A stretch of DNA of 64,000 nt. Origin: Macrostomum lignano. Taxonomy: Eukaryota. Made by a program: the position numbers and the translations under genes. This document shows positions 41,986-64,000 of the stretch, one piece after another. Location: assembly GCA_002269645.1 (NCBI GenBank), contig NIVC01001805.1, positions 124,001-188,000 on the forward strand, given 5' to 3'. Numbering within the stretch: the first letter of the stretch is position 1; every line of letters begins with the position of its first letter. Below the pieces are notes generated by a model. The model was given only the letters and a program-made list of their open reading frames with translations. It ran no database searches and was not told the origin of the DNA.

Positions 41986-42619
41986 CAGATGTAAAAAAAA
42001 TTCAAGGGGAAGGCAAGCTATCCTAAGCACTATAACCCAATAGTAAAAAAAGATACCTAGCATAGTTATAGGCCAAAAAAAGTATAGCCTACTTTTTTAC
42101 CATGGTTAAGAGGGGGTCATGGCCTTTTTTACCTCCCCATTAGATTGGCCATTACTACTAAGGATAGAGTTACAAAGTATTACTTGTTAAAATTTCAAAC
42201 AGACTTACTAAATTTTCATTGGCACTTTCTTGTTTTTGGTAATTTTTTCAAACTACACAATATCCATATTCTAAAAATGGTTTGTTGATAAGTAGGTACC
42301 TATCTATCCAAGGAGGTATGCAATTGATTTTAGCAAAAATAGCTCAACCAATTTTGTTTGAACTTGCACTATTCAATCAGAATTTTTTCTGTCTGCTTTG
42401 TGTGACTTTTACTCTACCTGACATGGTGTGAGTGTTGAATTATAAGTGCTACAAATTCATTTATAAATTTGATAAGAGCTAGCCTAGAGGTGAATGGACT
42501 GGACTGTTAATGGAGCAACCTGGGTTCAAATCTTAGTAGGGCCTAGGGCCTAGTGTAACAAAAGTAGCCATTTTTTATTGAAATATTTTATTAAAAGACT
42601 AATTAAAAACACCTGGATT

Positions 42620-42830
42620 TTTGCACTTGATAAGCTAAGGATTACTGCACTTGATAAATGAAGGATTATTGCACTTGATAAGCCAATGATTATTGCACTT
42701 GATAAGCAGGCCAAGGATTATTGCACTTGATAAGCCAAGCATTACTGCACTTGATAAACAAAGGATTACTGCACTTGATAAGCTAAAAATTATTGCACTT
42801 GATAAGCCAAGGATTATTGCACTTGATATG
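42620..42830. repeat. 24-25-bp degenerate minisatellite (ATTGCACTTGATAAGCCAAGGATT)
   Basis: About 9 units in AT-rich sequence. Confidence 0.85.
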
Positions 42831-44639
42831 CTAAGCCTAAGGATAGCTAATGCTAGGCCTATGCTATATTTTAATCACAATGTATAGCAAAAAATGTTCT
42901 TGTTACATTAGGCCCTATAATGGCATTGCCAGATCCAGGCCTAGCCATTAGAAAATGGGCTCCAGTGCCGGAACTCTAGCAATTATTGTACAGAACTTGC
43001 ATTTTTAATCAAAAAGCTTTCTGACTTAAATTTCTAGCACAGAGTAGGCCTAGGATGTCTACCAAACAGCAAAAAATGTTTTTTTTCTGCTCAGATGATA
43101 CATCATCCTGACTATGGCCTATGCCTATGGGTTTAGGCCTAGGCTATGCCTATCAGTATCATCCCCTTATGCTATGGCTGGACATATAAGTTATAGGCCT
43201 AACTTGAGTTGAGTTGAAAGTATATGCAATGCTGATGCAAGCGGTCCCAGGTCAATTCGGTGACAAGACATGTCGGTGACAACAACTTCGGTGACAACTT
43301 GGGACGTTTCGGTGACACCAGTGGTCAATTCGGTGACAAGCTTTTTAGACTTGATTTGACTATTTTTCGTTGTTAAATATTAAAATATTGCTGTTACTAA
43401 ACTCTTATTAAAGTAATAAAGGTTCGTATGCTATCAATTATCATTTTGTTTGAGTGCGTTTGGAGGCATAACACTTATGTTTAACAGCGCGCACTTAATT
43501 TTATCCATACTTTTAATTTTTCAACTCAAGTCAACGAGAATTGATGTTTCGATTTTTTATACTACATCTACATTTACATGTATTGTAGATGTACATGTAC
43601 GTCTTAAAAGCCATTGAACGAGTTCAGAAAACAACTGTATATCTATAGGACTATAGCGTAGCTTATGACTGTACATGTTTTTATGTGCTAATTCAGGGAC
43701 TATAACTTATAAGGCAAGGGGCGCCAATAGGGGCGGACGTACCCGTGGATAGAGCTTGATAGAACTTATTGAGCCCCCAAAACCTAAGTTTGCACCCTTT
43801 AAACTAGATTTTTCGCCTCCTACACGCATTTTTGCACCCCTAGCTTAAAAATTGGCGCCCCTCATTGACGCCACGCCACCCCTCATTGGCGCCCCTCATT
43901 GACGCCACGCCAAAAATTGGCGCCACTCATGAATTATTGGCGCCCAAAACTTGGACCGATGCCCCGGCCCCCCTTCGGCCCCCAAATGAAATTTTCGATC
44001 CGCTACTGTATGTGCGCCTCACAGAGTATAGATTATGGATGAGTTGGCTTGAAATTTATCATGTAATTAATTCTGGCGCTTATTGACAAAGCTGTACTGT
44101 GAACTTATGGTCGTGGCGATCGTGACCATGTTAACATAAACACATGTGTACAAATGTAAAGTCATACAAAACTTGGTCTTCTACATTTAGTAAATGAATA
44201 ACACTTATTCGTTCATTCAGCAACACAGTTAAGTGAATGTGATAATTATACTATATAAGAAAATTGCTGCGCTCTTGTTAGCACTCATTACATCACAATG
44301 ACTGGTTGCTAACCGCTAAATCCACGAATCACAGAACCAGCATTAAGTTATGCTAGGTAATCTAAACGGATGTGGTCAATCAGAATTGCTTACTTTCTAC
44401 GCAATCGAAATTCTGTGATATTGTGATATTCTATTGGTTAAAACGCCATCACATTACATGTATATTGCGCATGCGTCCTATATCCATACTTGTACAGAAG
44501 CAATTGAACGCAAGACCCATAGCTACCAGTCGGCGCACTATAATATATTTACTCTTTAACACTCAAGAATATCGACTTAATATCTTCTCTGCATCTAAAA
44601 AGCAACTAGCTAGATAAAGAATACCAGCTCAATTGTCTG

Positions 44640-47405
44640 ATGGAAGTCGAAGAAGACGTCTGTCCAGCGTGTGTCAGAGCAGTAACTGACGAGGAGCCTG
44701 CATTAAATTGTGACAAGTGCAAACATTGGTTCCATCGACTGTGTTTGACTGGTAAGTTTATGCCCTATATTCTGCATTCCATCAACTTAGTGTGCATTCA
44801 CTCTTAAAATGGAAGAGGAGAAAGAGGGTAGGGGAGAGAAGGTGGGGAGAGAGGGTAGAGGGGAAGAAGGTAGTGGAGAGAGTGAAGAGGAAAAGAGAGT
44901 AGGGGAGAGAAGGTGGGGAGAGGAGGTAGAGAGGAGAGAGGGTATGTGGAGAGATGATAAATGGCTGAAATTGTTTTTGCTTTTTATTTTAGGAGCATCG
45001 TTCATTTCTGCTGCACATTATAAGAAGTTGATGAAGAAGAGTTCTTTTTCTTGGTGCTGCATGATCTGCACTACTCAGGAGGTACATGTAGAGAGCGATG
45101 CTGAGGTTGAAGTTGCTGCTGCCGGTGGTGATGAGGTAGAGAGCGATGCCGAAATCGATGTTGCTGCTGCCGGTGGTGATGAGGTAGAGAGCGATGCCGA
45201 AATCGATGTTGCTGCTGCCGGTGGTGATGAGGTAGAGAGCGATGCCGAAATCGATGTTGCTGCTGCCGGTGGTGATGAGGTAGAGAGCGATGCCGAAATC
45301 GATGTTGCTGCTGCCGGTGGTGATGAGGTAGAGAGCGATGCCGAAATCGATGTTGCTGCTGCCGGTGGTGATGAGGTAGAGAGCGATGCCGAAATCGATG
45401 TTGCTGCTGCCGGTGGTGATGAGGTAGAGAGCGATGCCGAAATCGATGTTGCTGCTGCCGGTGGTGATGAGGTAGAGAGCGATGCCGAAATCGATGTTGC
45501 TGCTGCCGGTGGTGATGAGGTAGAGAGCGATGCCGAAATCGATGTTGCTGCTGCCGGTGGTGATGAGGTAGAGAGCGATGCCGAAATCGATGTTGCTGCT
45601 GCCGGTGGTGATGAGGTAGAGAGCGATGCCGAAATCGAAGTTGCTGCTGCCGGTGGTGATGAGGTAGAGAGCGATGCCGAAATCGAAGTTGCTGCTGCCG
45701 GTGGTAGCGAAAGTGATGAGGTAGAGAGCGATGTTGAGATCCAAGTTGCTGCTACTGCTGATTCATCGATTGAAGACCCAGACCCTCAACCAGTCGCTGA
45801 TCACAATCGTCCAGAGACATTTGAGGTACTTCAAAACGGAAGCAATAGAGGTTCAGTCCTTGTTGTTTCCTCAAAAGGATACAGCTATGGTTTTCACCGT
45901 AGGCGTGGTGATCACGAATACTACAGATGCACTCAGCGCAATCGACATACGCCATGCTGTGCGACCCTAAATCGCAGAGCCGGTGAAGACTTCCGACCAG
46001 GAAAAAGGAACCACTGCCATGCACCAACAGCTGATGCTTGTGCAGTACGAAAAATTATTCGAGACGTGAAGACATCAGCAGCTGCGGATGTCTTCAAATC
46101 TGCTGCGGCTCTATCTGAGAAGCGACTTCTACACAGTTATCGTTCGTCAGAGGCTAAAAACTTGCCAAATCCAGCGAATCTTGCTAGAACAGCTAATCGT
46201 TTTCGAGAAAGGCAACGGCCAGAGGAGCCAAAGACATTAAACTTTGAGCTGCAGCACGAAGCGATTCCCGATGGCTTTTGCAGAAGCGATGTTCGAGTTG
46301 GGGACCGTCGTCACCTTGTCTTTGCGACTGAGCAACAGATTGCTTTGTTGAAAAAAACTTCCGACATCTACATGGACGGAACCTTCTCAATCGTAAGAAG
46401 GCCTTTTGTGCAGCTCTATTCACTTCACGGTTTTCTGAGGGCGGAAGGACAAATAAAACAGGTAATAATTAAGTTCCTACTGAAACGCTTATAAAGCATA
46501 AAGCATAAAGTATAAAGCCCACCAAGTATAAAGCATGGAGGCATAGCAAAGAAACTCTAAATCAAATGGTGTTACTCTTAGTAGCGGAATACGCAAATCA
46601 TAGTTTATGCATCCTATATATTTAATTTTTTTTCTAAAAGCCGTTTTATTTAAACCAAAAACAGGTACCATTGGCCTTCATTATCATGTCTGGGAGACGA
46701 ACCCGGGACTACAAAGCCATTTTAAGGGAAGTTCGAAGATTCGCTCCCGATTTCTCACCCGCGAGATTCGTTCTCGACTATGAGCAGCCAGCCTGGAAGG
46801 CGGTTCGACGCATCTTTCCGCAGGCTGAAGTGCAGGGCTGCAATTTCCACTGGACACAGGCAGTCTGGCGAAAAGTTCAGAACCTGGGTCTGCAGCAGTC
46901 CTATCGTGATGATGATGGCACAGAACGGTTCGTCCAGAAGTTGATGGCACTGCCGTACCTGCCACGTGACGAGATTAACGAGGTGTTTGAAAGCCTCCGA
47001 GCTTCGCAAGCTGCTCAGGCAGACGAAAGACTGCAGGAACTATGCGAGTACATTGGCAGTACATGGTTGGGCGAAGGCAGCAACTGGAAAGCGGATGACA
47101 TTTGCGTGTTTGGTCAGCCCATCAGGACCAACAACGACCTGGAGGGCTGGCACTATCGCCTAAACCGTAAAGCTGGGAGTCGCAACCTCCAGTTCTATCT
47201 GTTGCTGCAACTGCTCCACGAGGAAGCTATCCTGGTGCCACTCCAGGCTCACCTGCTGTCCAGAGGGGTACTGCGTCGAGAGCAGCGGCAAGGCTACCGC
47301 ACAGTTCAGTCTCGTTTGTTTCGCTACTGGGCGGAACATGAACAAGGTACTCGAAGCACTCGGCGGCTGCTTAAATCCTGTGGTCGTCTCTTTAATCCGA
47401 AGTGA
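44640..47405 (+). CDS. PHD finger-acidic repeat-FLYWCH-MULE DDE transposase, 3 exons, 773 aa
   Basis: Exons 44640-44751, 44993-46461 and 46665-47405 join in frame. C4HC3 PHD (CPAC..CDKCKHWFHRLC|..WCCMIC), FLYWCH (GYSY...YYRC...C...NHCH), MULE catalytic motifs YMDGTF, FVLDYE, GCNFHW, RTNNDLEGWH; no stop codons. Confidence 0.92.
45082..45750 (+). repeat. Coding 48-bp minisatellite (DEVESDAEIDVAAAGG), 12 near-perfect plus 2 degenerate copies
   Basis: Units start at 45130, 45178 ... 45658, in frame within transposase exon 2. Confidence 0.95.
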
Positions 47406-50315
47406 CATGACGACTGTGTTGCACCAAAGACTACATATGTACTAGACATATACACTAGACTGTGCATGTACTAGAATCAAGGCCGGATATTTAGGGAACT
47501 ATACTACTCGCGTATACCATGTACTCTCGCAGTAGCGCAACCAGAAATTTGTTGAGGGGGCGAATCATTCGCTTGGTCCCCTTTGATTTTTTCCGGTCCC
47601 CCGAAGGAGGGGCAACCGCCCTCCCCCCCAGCTGGTTGCGCCAGCTGAATTACTCTCATTCTCATTCGTATACTCATTATATTGTACTGTACATGTTGTG
47701 TCGACTTGTGTTGACGCCTTTTTGGTGCAAATATGTGTACTGTTTCTCTATCCTTGCTAAAATACACTGCTAAATAACTGAACTAGATGTATCATTCAGC
47801 TCATTATACTATCGATTAATTTCATATACTTACACTGTACGTACTGTAACTAATTGCTTTGAAATAACTTGATTTAGTAACCACAATAAATTTGTTTACG
47901 AAAATCAGACACCAATAAGAAACTATAGCCTTTGACTATACATCAAAGGGGGGAGGGGGCGGGGGGCGTCGGTCTTAGTTTTGGGCCCAATTATTCATGA
48001 GTATGAGGGGCGCCAATTTTTAAGCTAGGGGTGCAAAAATGCGTGTAGGAGGCGAAAAATCTAGTTTTTAAAGGGTGCAAACTTAGGTTTTGGGGGCTCA
48101 ATAAGTTCTATCAAGCTCTATCCACGGGTACGTCCGCCCCTATTGGCGCCCCTTGCCTTATAAGTTATAGTCCCTGAATTAGCACATAAAAACATGTACA
48201 GTCATAAGCTACGCTATAGTCCTATAGATATACAGTTGTTTTCTGAACTCGTTCAATGGCTTTTAAGACGTACATGTACATCTACAATACATGTAAATGT
48301 AGATGTAGTATAAAAAATCGAAACATCAATTCTCGTTGACTTGAGTTGAAAAATTAAAAGTATGGATAAAATTAAGTGCGCGCTGTTAAACATTAAGTGT
48401 TATGCCTCGAAACGCACTCAAACAAAATGATAATTGATAGCATACGAACCTTTATTACTTTAATAAGAGTTTAGTAACAGCATATTTTAATATTTAACAA
48501 CGAAAAATAGTCAAATCAAGTCTAAAAAGCTTGTCACCGAATTGACCACTGGTGTCACCGAAACGTCCCAAGTTGTCACAGAAGTTGTTGTCACCGACAT
48601 GTCTTGTCACCGAATTGACCTGGGACCATGCAAGCCGACCTGCACTATAGCAAACTAATAACTACTGCATTTTTAGCTACTTGTTTTATTAAAAATCCTG
48701 TTAGTTTTTAAAAAAAAATCTTAACCTTACAAGAATATACATATATATATCAAAAAAATATATTTTTGGTAAAGTAGATAGACTGTCAAGTCTCAATCTG
48801 AAGATCAATAGAACATTGCTGAACTTTACTCAAATTTTTCATACCAAATTTACGCGAAATTTTACAATCAATTCAAACAAAGTCTTCCTTTAGATGCGTG
48901 AGTTTAGGCTATTAATTTCCTCAGAATGTAGTATAGTAAGCTAAAATAAGTAAAAATGAAAAAATACAACTAACGAAGTCAGCGGGCATTTGAGTCTAGA
49001 TGAGGACTAAGGGCAATCAAAAGAAATTTTAGGAATTTAGGCGAGAATTCTAAAGAATAGTCTAATAACTTCTTGTGGCTGGCGATGATGGCGCCCCTTT
49101 TCCTTTGGGTTGGCAGTCCTAAGTATTCAGTATATTCTGAACTACTTTAATTGAATGGACGGAGTGATTGAATCCAAAACAATTGACAAAATACTTCGAG
49201 TGTCAGAAAACCAAGCATTAGAAGTTGCTTGGCTAACTTCATACTATAGGCTCAGGTCTCTTGGTTGTCTTCTTCTAGTGGTCCTTGATACTTAACTGCC
49301 CGCTAATTTTGATGTAGTCTGTGGCATTAAAAGGCAAGAATAGAGTGGGAATATCTTGTACGCAATAAGCTTCTTTCCATATACATGTACAGTACTTATT
49401 CATACTTAGTGGTGTGTGGAGTGAATCGAGGTTTTTGCTTTAGACAGTTGCGTCGTCGAGCGCCCCCTGTAGATAATTTTTTAATTGAGAATTCAGGGCC
49501 TGAAGCAAAGATCATATATACAGAGAGAATATAAGATCTATGGCCTGAAGGTACCTTTTGTTGAAAAGTTTGCTAGCCGCTGTTGACATTATAGTCAGTC
49601 GGACTCGGCACACAATGAGCTGTTTATTTGTTTAATTTAAAAAAAACAGCGAAAGGACGACACCATGGGGAGTTAAAAACAACAGCAAAAAATCCTGACG
49701 TGAATGAACCGCATGCTGTCAAATAAATAGAAGCTCAATCAACGAAAAGTCGGCTAACTACGGAGCGCACAAAACGCGATTATTGGAATAGAAGAAGCGC
49801 CTAAGCACGGTTTTTATGAGGTTTTCTTATGAAAAATGAAAGCAAATCAGCGATGCAATTGTTCACAAAATGCAGCACTCATGTACAATTCTATTATTCT
49901 GGCAGTGCAAATGCACAAGAGTTGCATCCTGCATTATAGGGTAAATATTGGTTAATAGACAATTAAATAAGGATTAAAATGATACATCAAGACAATTCCC
50001 GAGTGCCCCTGTTGTTGTTTCTACTGTTCAGTAATATTACATTACCAGTAATATTACAAGACCAGTAATATTGTATTACTAGTAGTACTCGTATTACATG
50101 ACCAGTAATGTTGCATTACCAGTAACATTACATGACAGTAATATTGCATTACGGGTAATACTGCAGGACTAGTATTACTGCTGCAGTCTACATGCGTCTC
50201 AGTCTCAGCTCCCCTCAGATTTCGGGCCTTCGGAAAGATACAAATGAAGCCATTATGCTCATTTGAGCACAGAGAGCAAGTTCCCTCAGAGTCCCTGTGT
50301 GGTCTGTGCCCAGAT

Positions 50316-61885
<11,570 letters not shown>

Positions 61886-63069
61886 CTAGTTCTAGTAAGA
61901 TCAATAGAAAAAATCAAAAGTTAATACCGTCACCTGTCTATCAAATTAAATTAAGCTAGTTGTGGTAAGGGTAATCGTAATTATTTTACAGAGTCTACGG
62001 TTGATTTTTTTAGATTATATCTATTTTTGATATAACTAAACTCTAACAGTATAAGTCGAAAAGACGACCGACCAAAAAAAAATTAAATGTCAAAGAAATA
62101 TTAAATTAAAAACGAAAATCAACACGTGCTGAGAATTCATTATAAAATTATATCTACAACTTTGACAATTTTTATTTCATTAGCAACTTTAATAAACCTA
62201 TATTGTGCCTTTTGGAACTTACTTGCAGACATAAGATGGTTCAAATGTTTTAACCTTTGTTTTAAAAGCTTGACGGTTTACCAAAAAGCAACTCCGCCAC
62301 GAAGATTACTGTCTGTCCACATCGACATCGACATCGACATCAGAGCAGCCACATCGACAAATTTGCCCCTTTTGTAACAGAATAGTGGGTACTAATAGGT
62401 TTTTATTTAAATAGCTGAGATCTTGTATGTTTTTGGCAACTCTGTCCGGCATGAGTACTGCAAATAATTGCTACATGTACGAGCATTGTATAGTAATACC
62501 TTAAGCATCTGTATTTATATATACTTTAAGCCATGCAATCGCTATTTTTCAGTCTAAGAGCATCGCCGCAGGCTGCCCAAAGGCCGCTCGAGAGGCCAGT
62601 CTGTACTATTAGGTAAAAAGTTTTACAGCCTCACCTCCTCTGCTCAATTCAAGGTGACGTGCGCGCAGGGGGGATTGCTTCCTCCCGATTGCTCCTCTCG
62701 ATCGATCAACTTTCTCTGAGCGCATCAGTCATACCTCTTAATTTGCTCTGGAGGACAGGCGCCACAACGTCATCTGTGTGTACGCCAACCGCGCCAAGCA
62801 CATCGACAAATCCGTAACTGCAGAGCTCAATTCTGCATGCTACCAAACTTACATATAAATACTCTCCTTGATCAGCCAGCTTCCCGAGACCTCATCATTG
62901 TCCCATACTTCTTGCATGTCTACCAGAGGGCGTCCTGTTGTTTTTAGACTTGGATCGGCGATTAATGCCAGACTAAGCATGGCGCAGCACTAAAAATGGC
63001 CTGCTGGCCGATCCCAAACAACCTGTGGCACCTTCTGGTGACTTCAGCTGCATGCATGGTAGTCGAGTA

Positions 63070-64000
63070 CGGGTTGTCAGAAAATTTCTGATTGTAATAA
63101 CTTGAGAACGATAAAAAGTAGAAACATGAAAAGTTACAAATGTCTTCCTTAACATCTATTCACTCAAAGTGTGAGCCCTCAGCTTCAATGCACTTCTCCC
63201 AACACCGCACCAGCACGTCAATGCCTGCAGTCATGCCATTGTTCGCTGGCGGCAATGCCAGCCTTGTAGGCCCGATTCACGTCTTCCTCTGCGCTGAAAC
63301 GCTTGCCCCGCATCGACTCCTTTATGCTAGGAAGTGGAAAAGTCGCATGGACTTAAGTCCAGGAATAAGGCGGATGCGGAAGAATTTCCCACCCCCACGA
63401 CTCGATCGTAGCCAGCACGCTTTGCTTTCGGTGCGGGGCTGCGTTGTCGTGAAGCAGAATCGGGCCAGCCGCGTGAAGTGCAGGCCTTTTGTCCCGAATG
63501 GCACGCCGAACTTTCACCAGAACCCACAGGTGTAGAAATCACCTGCATTGACCGTCTGCCCCACTGGCACAGGCTGATCGAACAACAGACCCTCCCGGTC
63601 GAAGAAAGTCACGTGCATGACCTTCAGCTGGCCGATGCTCCGGATGGCTAGCTTTTGAGGTCGCGGAGAACCTGGTCTGCACCATGTGGCACTCTGCCGC
63701 TTCAACTCCGCCTCCCAAGAATGCGCCCAGGTTTCGTCGCAGGCAACGATCCTTTGCAGGAACGCCATGCCCTCCCGCCGACACCGCTGCAGGTTGGATG
63801 CGCACATGGCGACCCGCAAAAGTCTCCTATGGTCTGCCGCATTTCTTCAAAAATCTCGGTTGCTGAACGCCCCTGAAGGACATGAAACTTGATGATCGCT
63901 CGATTGTCGCGTTTAGAAAAACTCTCTCGCAAGACGGAATGCGCCATGGGTGTGGTTGAAAAATTACTGCTACACAGGCTAGAAATGATCTGGTGCTCTG
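63070..64000 (-). mobile_element. Mariner (DD34D-type) element with an internally deleted, frameshifted transposase; runs off the window
   Basis: End TA-CGGGTTGTCAGAAAA at 63070. ORF remnant 63947 to 63160: RAIIKFHVLQGRSATEIFEEM, FLQRIVACDETW, LLHDNAAPH, HPPYSP, EKCIEAEGSHFE*. Confidence 0.9.

Larger units (their letters stand above)
43243..48627 (+). mobile_element. Apparently intact autonomous Mutator-like (MULE) DNA transposon, 5,385 bp
   Basis: Near-identical TIRs of about 700 bp (43243-~43975 and ~47945-48627) starting GGTCCCAGGTCAATTCGGTGACAA, with five TCGGTGACA subterminal repeats. Perfect 8-bp TSD ATGCAAGC (43235-43242 and 48628-48635). Encloses a transposase gene. Confidence 0.95.

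Noticed and set aside
48975-49305. Weak inverted repeat (AGCGGGCA...TGCCCGCT)
   Set aside because: Pairing is too short and degenerate, with no TSD, to call an element.
62650-63040. Possible decayed non-LTR retrotransposon endonuclease (NVICVYA, DLIIV, NNL motifs)
   Set aside because: Motifs are scattered over frames with stops; needs a profile-HMM search to support.

Overview
Eukaryotic (animal) genomic DNA. GC-rich, polyQ/polyG-rich exons separated by minisatellite-filled introns suggest the free-living flatworm Macrostomum lignano; this is inferred from style and was not database-checked. I reconstructed spliced genes by hand from GT/GC-AG sites, reading frame and recognisable motifs. They are CEP131/AZI1 (+), an ADAP/centaurin-alpha-like ArfGAP-PH-PH gene (+, last exon frameshifted), cyclophilin B (+), two paralogous secreted Gly/Tyr-rich proteins (+), SMAP-type ArfGAP (-) and O-GlcNAcase (-, 9 exons). 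Mobile DNA includes an apparently intact 5.4-kb Mutator-like transposon encoding a PHD-FLYWCH-MULE protein, five Tc1/mariner relics, hAT-like MITEs and tRNA-derived SINEs. Most long ORFs in the supplied track are artefacts of tandem repeats. The most unusual features are: (i) about 31 tandem copies of the SMAP 3' splice site plus start codon; (ii) minisatellites in most GC-rich introns, some shared between genes; (iii) a tandem duplication that creates a stop-containing pseudo-exon in CEP131; (iv) a shared promoter module in the Gly/Tyr-rich gene pair.
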